The notes under the pieces were generated by a model. The model was not told where the DNA came from and searched no databases. It was given only the letters and a program-made list of their open reading frames with translations. Shown here in pieces: positions 28,060 through 38,569 of a stretch of DNA of 64,000 nucleotides. How positions within the stretch are numbered: the stretch's first letter is position 1; each line of letters starts with the position of its first letter. Location of the stretch: NCBI GenBank assembly GCA_035623825.1, contig DASPSR010000052.1, forward strand, positions 1 through 64,000. The letters are read 5' to 3'. This stretch comes from Nitrospirota bacterium (GTDB taxonomy: Bacteria > Nitrospirota > UBA9217). The position numbers and the translations under genes are program-made.

Positions 28060-29277
28060 TTGAAGGCACGGAAGTATTGCGCGTTGAAGTATGCTGTGCT
28101 CGCTGCTGTGTTCATCGCGCGCGCCGGTGTGTCCGACGAGATCAAGTCTGTTCCCACGGATACGGCTGCTGGCGCCGGGACAGCGGTGCTTGAAAAGAAG
28201 CCGGAAGAAACAAAGACGGAGACGGTCGAGCCCTTGTTCGTGAGGCCCCTGACGAAGATTGAGGCCGGGCGGAACGATTCGAACCCGACATGGGCCCCGT
28301 TCGGCACGCTCATCGCGTTCGAGCGGAGCAGGGGAGACAAAAAAGAGATCATCATCACGTATCCCGACGGGACGCTTGTGCAGACCATTTACTTCCACCT
28401 GTCCGAAGGCAGTAAAGAGATGAGGTTCTTCTTTCCCGGCGTCTATGAAGAGGAGAGCTACAACGCGGGCATCAGTTGGTCACCTGCCGGAGACCGCTTC
28501 GTGTTCATGAGCAACGGCGGAGTGGGAAACTATGACCTTTACCTGCAGGAGGTCGGCGGCAGTACAACGACGAGGCTGACGGACCACAAGGAAAAGGACG
28601 GCCAGGCGCACTGGTCTCCCGTTGCCGATACCGTCGTTTTTGTATCAGGCAGGACCGGTAAAGGGGATATCTACCTGATGGACATCTCCACCCACGCACT
28701 CACCCGGCTGACGCAGGGCGGGAAGGAATATCTGTACCCCCAGTGGTCACCGGACGGGAAAAAGATCGTGATGATGCAGGGAAGCAATGAGAACCACGAT
28801 ATTGTCCTCATGACAGACATAACAAAGCCCATGGATTCGCAGAAGGCGCTGACGACTTGGCCTTTTGACGATCTGCGGCCTGTGTGGTCGCCGGACGGAA
28901 AGAAGATAGCCTTTTACTCGAACTATAATCCTGCGGGAGACCCAAAGATATGGTCGATCCTCGTGATCGCTTCTGACGGTTCGGACCCGACGCAGGGGGA
29001 CGGCCTCGCCGCGAAGGTGGTGGCCATGGACGTTATCCCGGATGTGGAAGTAGGCCCTGCGTGGATGCCTGACAGTAACAGGATCGTGTACGTGAAGAAC
29101 GACCGGCAGGAGTACAATCCAATTTACGTAACCGATATCAGGAGGAAAACCTCCGTGCTGCTCAAGACAGACACAAAAATGAACCATGATCTCTCCTGTT
29201 CCCGCGATGGAACGATCTCATTTCGCGCACAAGTCGATCAGTGGGATCAGATTTACCTTGCGCAGATCAAAAAGTGA
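28060..29277 (+). CDS. TolB-like PD40 beta-propeller protein
   Basis: Repeated PxWSPDGKKI motifs; TTG start after AAGGAGG. Confidence 0.85.
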   Translation: MKARKYCALKYAVLAAVFIARAGVSDEIKSVPTDTAAGAGTAVLEKKPEETKTETVEPLFVRPLTKIEAGRNDSNPTWAPFGTLIAFERSRGDKKEIIITYPDGTLVQTIYFHLSEGSKEMRFFFPGVYEEESYNAGISWSPAGDRFVFMSNGGVGNYDLYLQEVGGSTTTRLTDHKEKDGQAHWSPVADTVVFVSGRTGKGDIYLMDISTHALTRLTQGGKEYLYPQWSPDGKKIVMMQGSNENHDIVLMTDITKPMDSQKALTTWPFDDLRPVWSPDGKKIAFYSNYNPAGDPKIWSILVIASDGSDPTQGDGLAAKVVAMDVIPDVEVGPAWMPDSNRIVYVKNDRQEYNPIYVTDIRRKTSVLLKTDTKMNHDLSCSRDGTISFRAQVDQWDQIYLAQIKK

Positions 29278-29389
29278 GAGGCAAGAAGGCAATGACGGAA
29301 ACAAGGGCGGCAGAAATGACGCAGGAGAAGAGAGGGCGGGAACCGCTCGTTTTGCTGTCATCACGCGGGGTCTCTGAGATAGGGGTGTC

Positions 29390-30868
29390 ATGAAGCGACT
29401 TATCTTTATCCTTTTCATATGTACCCTTACGGCTTCACCGGCATATTCCGCAGATGATGCCGTGTCGAGAGCGATGAAACTTTACGAAAAGCGTCACTAT
29501 GTCGAAGCAGCCGCTGCGCTCCGTGCCAATCCGGTGGAGCAGGGCAGACAGGGCGCTGCATATCTGACCCTTGGCATGATCTATCTCAAGAACGCCGAAC
29601 TGCACCGTGAGCTGTACCGGGAGTCGCTGTCGGTACACCTGGATTACCTCAAAAAGCTTTCCGCAATCCAGGGTAAGGACAGGAGCCGTTTCGTTGATCT
29701 TTATTTTGGTGAAGCGCTCCTGGAGGCCGGGAAATACTCCCCCGCGCTGACCTATTTAGAGAAGTTCGCCGCCGACGAACGAGTGGAACCGCAATACCGG
29801 GCAGTTGCCAGAGCGTCCATCGGGATTTGCTTTTTTCTCCAGAATGACAAGCAGAAGGCGGAACAGATCTGGGCTGGACTGGCTACGTCCGATCCGAAGA
29901 TGAAGGCGACGCTTGCCGCGGCGTACGCGAAGGCGGGTCTCAAGGGGAAAAAGCCCAGTGCATTGGCTGATGATGCCCTGATGGGTCTTAAGAAGTCCTC
30001 CCTGGGGCCGACCATGCAGGACATGGAGAATATCATTGCCGTCTATGCAAACGATGGACCCGTAGACAAGGGGCTCGATCTGCTGAAGCTCGCTGATTTA
30101 AAAGCGTTCTCATTCCAGGAATCATTGGGCAGGACCAAAGTGATCAATTTTTACGGCCTGTCGTTGCTCAATGACCTTTCCGAGCTCTACCTCCAGGCAA
30201 GCATCACCGTCCTTGAGAGGGTGGCCATGGATGCGAAGCTCAGGGATACGGCAAATTATTATCTTGGCGAGGCTTATGCGCTCTCTGGCAATATCGACCA
30301 GTCCGTTCTGGCCACGTCATCGTTCATTTCCTCCCAGCAGATGCCGCAGCAGTATCGCGACAAAGCCGCCGTGCGCCAGGCCGCAAACCAGTACCAGAAA
30401 GACCGCCATTTCGATGTCATGGGCACTTGGGATGAGCTTTCGCAAAGGCAGCCCGAAGATCCCGACCTTCTTGCAGAGATACTCTTCGCCTGCGGCAGGT
30501 TGAAGGTAGATTGTCCCCAGATGGTCCAGAAGGCAGCGGCCTCCCTCGAGGCAGGAGAAGGAAAGCGGTTCTCCACCCTGAACATTGCTGTCGGCAGGTA
30601 CTACCTCGGGAAAAAGGACTATTCGAAGGCAGTCATGTACCTCGAAGCCGGCCGCGACAAAGGCAACAAGAACAAGATCGAGTTCAACGACCCCCTGATG
30701 CTCGTCGACCTGGCCGATGCATACTACCGGACAAAAAAATTCTCAGAGGCTCTTGAAATATATTTTGAGATGAGCAAGCAGTTCCCGGAGGTACGTCAAA
30801 TTCAGGATGCGCTTCAGGGCATCTATGCAATGGAACACAAGAGCGCGGGAGACGTGAAGATTTTCTAA
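29390..30868 (+). CDS. Secreted TPR-like helical protein
   Basis: Signal peptide (AYS-A); TPR-like YxGEA and AYY motifs. Confidence 0.75.
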   Translation: MKRLIFILFICTLTASPAYSADDAVSRAMKLYEKRHYVEAAAALRANPVEQGRQGAAYLTLGMIYLKNAELHRELYRESLSVHLDYLKKLSAIQGKDRSRFVDLYFGEALLEAGKYSPALTYLEKFAADERVEPQYRAVARASIGICFFLQNDKQKAEQIWAGLATSDPKMKATLAAAYAKAGLKGKKPSALADDALMGLKKSSLGPTMQDMENIIAVYANDGPVDKGLDLLKLADLKAFSFQESLGRTKVINFYGLSLLNDLSELYLQASITVLERVAMDAKLRDTANYYLGEAYALSGNIDQSVLATSSFISSQQMPQQYRDKAAVRQAANQYQKDRHFDVMGTWDELSQRQPEDPDLLAEILFACGRLKVDCPQMVQKAAASLEAGEGKRFSTLNIAVGRYYLGKKDYSKAVMYLEAGRDKGNKNKIEFNDPLMLVDLADAYYRTKKFSEALEIYFEMSKQFPEVRQIQDALQGIYAMEHKSAGDVKIF

Positions 30869-30948
30869 AGTGAACAATTTCCTTTCAGACTGAAGAGGTC
30901 GCACTGGTTTCCGCATTCCGTATTTCGAAATCGTTTGAGGAGGAGCTT

Positions 30949-32565
30949 ATGAAAAGGATACTACTTGTTCTGCTGTCACTCGTTGTCGTGACGTTCGCAG
31001 TATCGTTCCCCGCTGAAGCAGGCCGAAAGAAAGACGGCAGGCCGGACGGAGGTGTCCTGAGCTATGGCGAGTACGGCCGGCCGGCGACCCTTGACCCGAT
31101 TACGAGCAACGAGATGATCTCGCTCCGGCTCACTGAGCTCATTTTCAACGGTTTAGTCGGGATCAACGAGAAACAGGAGATTGTACCCGAGCTGGCGGAA
31201 AGATGGGAGCGCACACCCGATGGCCGTATCTACACCTTTTATCTGCGAAAGGACGTCACCTGGCATCCCCGGGAGGGGGAAGAGCCGAAACCGTTTACGG
31301 CCGAGGATGTCGTCTTCACGTACAGGATCATGATGCACCCCAGGACCATTACCCCGCTCAAGGTGCGCTATGAATTCATCGAGAACGTGGAAAAAGTCGA
31401 TGATTATACGGTCAAATTCACGCTCAAGCGGCCGATCTTGAATGCGCTGGCCAAGTTCAGTTTCAAGATAATCCCGAAGCACGGTCCGACCAATCCTACC
31501 TACCTTACGCGGGATGATCAATTTGTGCAGAACCCCATCGGCACCGGCCCGTATATATTGAAGAACATAACGGCCGAGCGCGAGATCGTCCTCGTGGCGA
31601 ACGATAACTATTTCAAGGGCAGGCCGCACATAGACAAATTCATTGCCAAACCCTTTGCCGACCAGAACATCATGACACAGGCGCTCATGTTCAATGCCAT
31701 CGACATGATCGTGCTCGTGAACCCCCGTGACATCCCCGAGATCCAGGGAGACAAGCGCTTCATCCTCCAGCCGTACAACGCGCTCTCCTATTCGTTCTTC
31801 GGCTATAATACCCGCAATCCGCTCCTCGCGGACAAACGCGTGCGCCAGGCGTTCACCTACGCCGTGAACCGGCAGGAGATGCTCGATTCGTTCTTCAATG
31901 GCCAGGGAACCATCATCTCCGGCCCCTTCGCACCCGGGAGTTGGGCCTATAACCTGGACGTGCAGCCCCTTCCCTACGATCCGCAAAAGGCGATAGCGCT
32001 TCTCCAGGAAGCGGGGTTCACAAAAGGCGCGGACCGGTTTATGCAGAAGGACGGCAAGAAGCTCGCCCTCACGCTCAAGGTCCCCATCGAAAAAGAGAGC
32101 GAGGCGGTGAAGCGCGTGGTGCTCGCGTTCAAGAACTACCTCAAGAACATCGGCGTTGACATCAATGTGGAGTTCAAGGAATGGCAGGCATGGAAGGAAG
32201 ACGTCTTTCTCGAGCATGACTTTGACATCATTTTCGCATCATGGGTCTTCGACGATTCAGCCGACATCTCTTCCCTGTTCCACTCCGGAGAGATTGGCCC
32301 GTGGAAGAACAATTTCGGCGGCTACTCGAACCCGGAAGTGGATAGCCTGATCAACGAAAGCAAGCTCACGCTCGACCACGAGAAGCGGAGGACCATCAAC
32401 CGCAAGCTCCACGCCATCCTTGCAGACGAGAACCCGTATACTTTCCTCTGGACTCTGACGAACTACGCGGCGTACAATAAGAAGGAGAGGCATGTGGCCA
32501 TTCATCCCTACAAGTTTTTCTCCTATGCTGATGAGTGGTTCATAGAGGAGAAAGATCAGAAATAG
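30949..32565 (+). CDS. Peptide/nickel ABC transporter substrate-binding protein (family 5)
   Basis: LDP, PELAERW, YTFYLR, PIGTGPY, VRQAF motifs. Confidence 0.93.
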   Translation: MKRILLVLLSLVVVTFAVSFPAEAGRKKDGRPDGGVLSYGEYGRPATLDPITSNEMISLRLTELIFNGLVGINEKQEIVPELAERWERTPDGRIYTFYLRKDVTWHPREGEEPKPFTAEDVVFTYRIMMHPRTITPLKVRYEFIENVEKVDDYTVKFTLKRPILNALAKFSFKIIPKHGPTNPTYLTRDDQFVQNPIGTGPYILKNITAEREIVLVANDNYFKGRPHIDKFIAKPFADQNIMTQALMFNAIDMIVLVNPRDIPEIQGDKRFILQPYNALSYSFFGYNTRNPLLADKRVRQAFTYAVNRQEMLDSFFNGQGTIISGPFAPGSWAYNLDVQPLPYDPQKAIALLQEAGFTKGADRFMQKDGKKLALTLKVPIEKESEAVKRVVLAFKNYLKNIGVDINVEFKEWQAWKEDVFLEHDFDIIFASWVFDDSADISSLFHSGEIGPWKNNFGGYSNPEVDSLINESKLTLDHEKRRTINRKLHAILADENPYTFLWTLTNYAAYNKKERHVAIHPYKFFSYADEWFIEEKDQK

Positions 32566-32719
32566 CCAACGAATTAGAATCGTGGAGAGAAGAACAAGGA
32601 GAGAGGCGTCAATCGGAGGCCGATCGAGAATCTACTGTCAAAGCGTACGATACATGAACGTCACGCACATCGCGGCCTTTTGACGACACAGGCATCGGAG
32701 CCGTTGCCATAACATAACC

Positions 32720-33685
32720 ATGAAATTGCCGGAAGTCAGACCCATAACGCTGGCGCTGTTCAGAGAAATTGCTATCGCGGCGCTCCTGCTGCTCGGCGTA
32801 AGCTTCGTGGTTTTCATCATCCTCTACCTGTCGCCTGGAGATCCTTTCAGCGTCTTGCTCGAAGGACAGATGCCCACGGCAGAGGCGCGGGCCGGGTTGC
32901 GCGAAGCCTTGGGTGTTCCCAAGGCATGGTATGCGCAATACCTGTCCTGGCTTACCGGCATGCTTCAGGGGAACTTCGGCACATCCATTCGCACGGGATT
33001 GCCGGTCCTGAAAGAGGCGCTTCGGGTGGGATTGAACACCCTTTTCCTCACCATTGGCTCAATGCTCATAACACTGGCGATCGCCGTTCCAATCGCCCTC
33101 TATACGGCTGCACGAGGCACAGACAGGGTCTCCTGGACGCTCACCATCTTGTCCTATGTGGTTTCCGCTCTCCCCGTGTTCTGGCTCGGGTACATCGTCA
33201 TCTATTTTTTTACACACAAGCTCGGCCTGTTTCCCCTAGTTTTCGGATATTCAAGCTCGGGGCAGAAGTACGGATGGCTCTATTCGCTGCTGCCGATTTT
33301 CGTGCTCGGCGTCGGGAACGGGATGATCAGCGAGGTTATCCGGTACTTGCGTGACGAGATAGGCAGGGTGATGTCTGAGGACTACATCCGAACTGCCCGG
33401 GCCAAGGGTGCTTCGGTCTGGAAACATGCGTTCAAGGAGGGCCTCCTGACCCCGGTAGCAGAGATCCTCGCATCCAAGATTCCCTTTGTTCTCGGCGGTG
33501 CGGTAATCGTTGAGCAGGTATTCAACTGGCCTGGCATGGGCAGGATGGCGTGGCAGGCGGCGCAGGACCGTGACTATCCGGTAATCATGGGCATCGCGAT
33601 CATCTCCGCCGTTTTCGTGCGCCTTGGCAGCCTCTTCAAGAGCGTAGTGTATGTAGCAGTGAACCCGAGAGCATCGAAGGGGTGA
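32720..33685 (+). CDS. Opp/Dpp-type ABC permease (B subunit)
   Basis: PGDP, GNFGTS, DYIRTARAKG, EQVFNWPGMG, RDYP. Confidence 0.92.
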   Translation: MKLPEVRPITLALFREIAIAALLLLGVSFVVFIILYLSPGDPFSVLLEGQMPTAEARAGLREALGVPKAWYAQYLSWLTGMLQGNFGTSIRTGLPVLKEALRVGLNTLFLTIGSMLITLAIAVPIALYTAARGTDRVSWTLTILSYVVSALPVFWLGYIVIYFFTHKLGLFPLVFGYSSSGQKYGWLYSLLPIFVLGVGNGMISEVIRYLRDEIGRVMSEDYIRTARAKGASVWKHAFKEGLLTPVAEILASKIPFVLGGAVIVEQVFNWPGMGRMAWQAAQDRDYPVIMGIAIISAVFVRLGSLFKSVVYVAVNPRASKG

Positions 33686-33802
33686 GTCCAGTAAGTTCAA
33701 GGTTCCCATGTCCATCAAGTTCAAATGGCCCAATTCCCAATGCTTCTCTCTTCGAACGTATCCATTTGATTTGAACTTTGGCTCTTTGATTTGCAATGCA
33801 TT

Positions 33803-34696
33803 ATGAAATCGTATTCCCAAATATCAGGCGAGATAGGCGAGCTTTCGGATCTGCCTTTCTGGAAAAAGACGGACATTGAAGACCTTGCTTACGTGGGCTA
33901 CGGCCTGCTCATCGTCACGCTCGTGGTGTCGTCATACATCCTCGGTTCGTTCCATCTCCTGACGCGCGATCCGCAGGATATCGATCTTGAACTCATGTTG
34001 GCGCCGCCTGGGACCCCCGGGCATATCCTGGGTACGGATTTCATGGGCCGGGACATGTTGTCCCGCCTTATCGTCGGCATACAGGCATATTTCCTCCCCG
34101 GCCTCCTCGCCATATTCGTATCGCTTGTTTTCGGCAGCATGTTCGGCGTGCTCGCAGGCTATCGGGGCCGCAGGTTCAATACGGTCATTACGTACATGAA
34201 CAACCTGGTGGACTCCTTTCCTCGCCTCGTGCTCATCCTGCTCGTGATCGCGGCGTTCAAGCCCAACATTTACTACATCATGCTCATCGTGGGCCTCACC
34301 AATGTCCCCGCCGTCGCTTCGCTCATCAAGGGGAAGATCATGTTCCTCAAGCAGAAGAACTTCATCGAAGCGGACGTTGCATTGGGCTTGCCGACGAGCA
34401 CCATCATCTTGAAGCACATCTTGTGGCACAACTGCCGATCCCTCCTCATCATCCGGGCCACGCTGGGCATGGCCGAGGCGATTCTGATGGAGACCAGCTT
34501 AAGCTACCTGGGCTTCGGCGTGCAGGAGCCCACACCGTCGTGGGGCAACATGGTTCAGGCCGGGGCAAACTACCTCCTGCAGGGCAAGTTCTGGCCTTCC
34601 ACAGCCCCGGCGCTCGCGATCCTTTTCACGATCCTCGGGTTCCATTTGCTCGGCGACGGCCTCAATAACATTCTGGAAGGCAAGAAGGGGAAATGA
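33803..34696 (+). CDS. Opp/Dpp-type ABC permease (C subunit)
   Basis: HILGTDFMGRD, LSYLGFG, PSWG, LGDGL. Confidence 0.92.
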   Translation: MKSYSQISGEIGELSDLPFWKKTDIEDLAYVGYGLLIVTLVVSSYILGSFHLLTRDPQDIDLELMLAPPGTPGHILGTDFMGRDMLSRLIVGIQAYFLPGLLAIFVSLVFGSMFGVLAGYRGRRFNTVITYMNNLVDSFPRLVLILLVIAAFKPNIYYIMLIVGLTNVPAVASLIKGKIMFLKQKNFIEADVALGLPTSTIILKHILWHNCRSLLIIRATLGMAEAILMETSLSYLGFGVQEPTPSWGNMVQAGANYLLQGKFWPSTAPALAILFTILGFHLLGDGLNNILEGKKGK

Positions 34697-35793
34697 CGAC
34701 GGCGCCCATTTTAAAGATCGAGGACCTGCGAACGTACTTCTATTCACGGAGCAAACAGGCTTTCATCCGGTCCGTGGACGGGGTGAGCCTCAAAATCGCG
34801 AAGGGGGAGACGCTCGGCATCGTAGGCGAAAGCGGCAGCGGCAAGAGCATAACGGCCCTGTCCGTCATGGGGCTGGTGAGCGGCGGTCCGGGGGTCTTCA
34901 GCGGAAAGATAGGTCTCAAGACGGAACGGATCCAGAAGAACCTGCTCCAGGACCTTGAAGACTTTGTCCTGGTTACGAAAAAGGACGGCCGAATCATGGC
35001 GGTGAGCAAAGACATGGCAGGGTGGGAGCGGCATGCCGAGCGCGTCATGGCCAGGGTGCGGGGCAAGGAGATCTCCATGATCTTCCAAAACCCCAAATCG
35101 TCGCTTAACCCCTTCACCCCCGTCGGTAAGCAGATAACCGAAGCCATTCGGAGACATACCGCGACCAAAAATGAACAGGAAGCCAGGGAGCTTGCAATCG
35201 CCTGGCTCGAACGTGTGAAGATCGACTCACCCCGGCTTCGTTACGATAACTACCCATTCGGGCTTTCAGGAGGCATGTGTCAGCGTGTCATGATCGCGAT
35301 GGCGCTCGCCTGTGAGCCGTCGCTCCTGATCGCCGATGAGCCGACGACGGGACTCGATGCCACGATCCAGTCAAAGATTGTTGATCTGCTCGCAGAGCTC
35401 AAGTCAGAACTCGGTATCACGACCATGCTCATCAGTCATGATATCAGCATCATCTCGCGGCTCTCGGATAGCGTGGCCGTAATGTATGGGGGGACGGTGG
35501 TTGAGTGCGGCCCGGCAAGGGACATCCTGGCGGCGGACGTTGCCTCCAAACATCCCTATACGACCGCGCTTCTCGCATCCATACCGAGCGCCCAGAATAT
35601 CAGGGAAAAGGGCTATCTCCAGGCCATAGAAGGAGACGTCCTCGACACCATTAACATGCCTGAAGGGTGCAGGTTCTACTCGCGCTGCAACCGCGTGACC
35701 GATTCAATTCGGAAAAAGTGCGAACATCACGAGCCGGACCTGAGGGAGATCGCTAAGGGGCACAAAGTGAGATGCTGGATTTACTTTGAATAA
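34693..35793 (+). CDS. Opp/Dpp-type ABC ATPase (D subunit)
   Basis: GESGSGKS, LSGGM, ADEPT, HPYT, GCRF. Confidence 0.93.
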   Translation: MTTAPILKIEDLRTYFYSRSKQAFIRSVDGVSLKIAKGETLGIVGESGSGKSITALSVMGLVSGGPGVFSGKIGLKTERIQKNLLQDLEDFVLVTKKDGRIMAVSKDMAGWERHAERVMARVRGKEISMIFQNPKSSLNPFTPVGKQITEAIRRHTATKNEQEARELAIAWLERVKIDSPRLRYDNYPFGLSGGMCQRVMIAMALACEPSLLIADEPTTGLDATIQSKIVDLLAELKSELGITTMLISHDISIISRLSDSVAVMYGGTVVECGPARDILAADVASKHPYTTALLASIPSAQNIREKGYLQAIEGDVLDTINMPEGCRFYSRCNRVTDSIRKKCEHHEPDLREIAKGHKVRCWIYFE

Positions 35794-35893
35794 GAACGAT
35801 CTCCCGGCGGATCAAGCAAAGGAAACGAAAAAAGGGAATATTTTCTAGCAATCTTCACACTGTACGATCTTCGGGAAACGGGAAACAAAACGC

Positions 35894-36904
35894 GTGTCCA
35901 AGACAATACTTGAAGTCATAGACCTTAAAAAGCATTTTACCTACCGCCGAGGGCTCTTTTCCGCTTTCAAGGGAGAGATACCGCTTATCCCCGCGGTGGA
36001 CGGGGTGAGTTTTTACCTTAAGGAACATGAGACGGTGGGTCTCGTGGGCGAGTCGGGCTGCGGCAAGACCACGATAGGGAGGACAATCCTCAGGCTCACA
36101 CCGGCGACTTCAGGAAAGATCATTTTCGACGGCAAAGACATCGTTGCCCTGCCGACCGAGGAGCTTCGTCAACTGCGCAGCGACATGCAGATGATCTTTC
36201 AGGACCTGGACGCAGCCCTCAATCCCAAGATGCGCATACGGGACATTCTCAAGGAGTCCATTACAGTTCACCAGAAAATAAACGGCGGAGAGGTCGATAA
36301 GAAGATAGGCGAGCTGCTCGAACAGGTAAATCTCAAGAAGAACAAGCTCTGCAATTTCCCATATGAGCTCTCAGGGGGGGAGAAGCGGAGGGTCGGTTTG
36401 GCGCGCGCTCTCTCGGTCGGCGCCCGGTTCATAGTGGCCGACGAGCCAACGAGCGCACTCGACGTATCCATACAGGCGCAGGTTGTGAATCTGCTTCGCG
36501 ACCTGCAAAAACAGCTCGGCTTGTCATACCTGTTCATCTCGCACGACCTGCGGGTCGTGGAGCTCATCAGCCACAAGGTGGCAGTGATGTACCTGGGCAA
36601 GATCGTCGAGAAGGGCCTTTCCGAGCACATTGTCAACAGGGCACGCCATCCGTATACGCATATCCTCTGGTCCTCCCTGGTCGAGAAGCAGAGCAGGGAA
36701 GCGTCCCGGGGATCCGAGAACGGTCAGGCCGGACAGTGGGGGGTGTTCGATTTTGAGCGGCCGATCGCAGGCTGCAGGTTCGCGCCGCGCTGTCCGGTTT
36801 ACGAGGCAAACGGCAGGCCAACGGTCTGTACTGACCCTGCCACGGAGCCTCAGCTCCGCGAGCTTGGCGCCGGCCACTACGCTGCCTGCCATTTCCCGCT
36901 ATGA
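35894..36904 (+). CDS. Opp/Dpp-type ABC ATPase (F subunit)
   Basis: [34 protein letters not shown]. Confidence 0.93.
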   Translation: MSKTILEVIDLKKHFTYRRGLFSAFKGEIPLIPAVDGVSFYLKEHETVGLVGESGCGKTTIGRTILRLTPATSGKIIFDGKDIVALPTEELRQLRSDMQMIFQDLDAALNPKMRIRDILKESITVHQKINGGEVDKKIGELLEQVNLKKNKLCNFPYELSGGEKRRVGLARALSVGARFIVADEPTSALDVSIQAQVVNLLRDLQKQLGLSYLFISHDLRVVELISHKVAVMYLGKIVEKGLSEHIVNRARHPYTHILWSSLVEKQSREASRGSENGQAGQWGVFDFERPIAGCRFAPRCPVYEANGRPTVCTDPATEPQLRELGAGHYAACHFPL

Positions 36905-37081
36905 TAATGCATTGCGTTCACCGGATAGGATGACGACGGGTGGGGTGGCGCGAGAGACTTATCCGCCATCTCCTTACGCGGACCCTTTTCTGCCCTTCTG
37001 ACTTTCGAAGACGCTTTTATCTTTTGAGCGCCGCATAGTCTTCTCTGTTTGACTTTTACGGGCCAACAGTTATAATACATC

Positions 37082-37780
37082 ATGTTTTCCAAGCGACTTG
37101 TCCTGCTCGCCGTACTGACGGTCTTCAATCCGTCATCGATCCTTTTCGCGGATTCCGCGGTTCCGCCCATCATCGAACACGGACCGCGGAACGACTCGAA
37201 GATCGCGCTCACATTCGATGCATGCCCAACGTCGAGGTCCGATGAATACGATGAAAATGTAATCGATGTTCTGCTCGCGGAGAAAGTTCCCGCCACGCTC
37301 TTCATGAGCGGCCGGTGGGTCGAAAAAAATCCCGAAAAGGCAAAATTCCTCGCCTCCCAGCCGCAGTTCGAGATCGCTGCACACAGCTATTATCATCCCC
37401 ACATGATGGAAAAAGACAATGAGCGTGTTCTTCGCGAGTTGAAAAGGACGCAGGCGTTGATCAGGAAAGTGACCGGGAAGACACCGCACTACTTCAGACC
37501 GCCCTTCGGCGAGTGTGATGATCGGGTTGCACAGCTCGCGGCCGAGACAGGGCTGGTGACCGTTCAGTACGATATCTCATCCGGTGACGCTGATCCAAAT
37601 CTCTCACCGCAGAGGATAGCACGCAGCATACTCCGAGACGCACGCGGGGGGAGCATCATCGTCTTTCACATGAATAGGAACGGCATGCACACTGCAGAGG
37701 TCCTGCCTGTGATCATCAGTGGATTGCGTCAGAAAGGTTTTACGTTCGTGACGGTCGGAGAATTGCTGGAAAAAAAATAA
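37082..37780 (+). CDS. Polysaccharide deacetylase (NodB/CE4)
   Basis: ALTFD, HSYYH, FRPPFG, IIVFH; signal peptide. Confidence 0.9.
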   Translation: MFSKRLVLLAVLTVFNPSSILFADSAVPPIIEHGPRNDSKIALTFDACPTSRSDEYDENVIDVLLAEKVPATLFMSGRWVEKNPEKAKFLASQPQFEIAAHSYYHPHMMEKDNERVLRELKRTQALIRKVTGKTPHYFRPPFGECDDRVAQLAAETGLVTVQYDISSGDADPNLSPQRIARSILRDARGGSIIVFHMNRNGMHTAEVLPVIISGLRQKGFTFVTVGELLEKK

Positions 37781-37816
37781 GGGCTGACCGTCCGGCCAAC
37801 CCTTGTGTCCTGCCGA

Positions 37817-38302
37817 TTAACTCTCTTTTCCCATTAACTTTTTGCTAAACCTGTCGAGCCACACGATATGGCTCTTCTCTTCATTGATGACCTCGTCGAC
37901 GACATTTTTCTCTCTCACAACCGTGCGAAGCTCCATGAAATAGAGCAGGGTCTCCTTCTCGAAGCCGAGCGCGAATTTCACCACGTCCTGTACCGTTTTC
38001 AGATGATCCATGGACGGGAGGGACTTGCCCTTGCCGAGGAAAAATTCTGATTCGACAAACGCCCTCATGTAAGTGGTCACCTCTTCCCACTGAACCGGTT
38101 CTGTGCCGTGCTTCGCGACGATGTCCTTGAGGTTGGTAAAGGTCCTTTCGTGCACTTTTTCCTTCGCAGCGAGCGTGGTGAAGAGCCTGACCAGCCCGTC
38201 GTCCTTATTGAATTTTTCCGACATGCCGGTGTAAAATTGATACCCGAGTTTTTCCGTCTGAATCGCCATCTCCAAGATTTCGTCGATCGAATACTTGTTC
38301 AT
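37817..38302 (-). CDS. Ferritin-like / rubrerythrin-domain protein
   Basis: Paired E...FY and ExxH motifs (EKVH, EKSH). Confidence 0.85.
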   Translation of the reverse strand: MNKYSIDEILEMAIQTEKLGYQFYTGMSEKFNKDDGLVRLFTTLAAKEKVHERTFTNLKDIVAKHGTEPVQWEEVTTYMRAFVESEFFLGKGKSLPSMDHLKTVQDVVKFALGFEKETLLYFMELRTVVREKNVVDEVINEEKSHIVWLDRFSKKLMGKES

Positions 38303-38569
38303 TTGTTCTCCCCGTTAATGATATCCTATGATTCTTTCATGCTGATAAATGATTACCCAAGGGCAATAATAGCGTGATACTCCATGGGTGTCAACCGTAT
38401 TTTTTATTCTGCACCGGGGACTAGAATTGAGGCGGCCCCGTTGATGCGCTGGGCCTTTCGCTGGGCCTTTCGTGTTGACAATTTCAGCTTGTTTTGCTAC
38501 AGTTGTCCCGTATCTTCGGAGCGTTGAAAATTGAAGCAAGACCCACAGTTTTTCTATCAGGAGGAAGCA

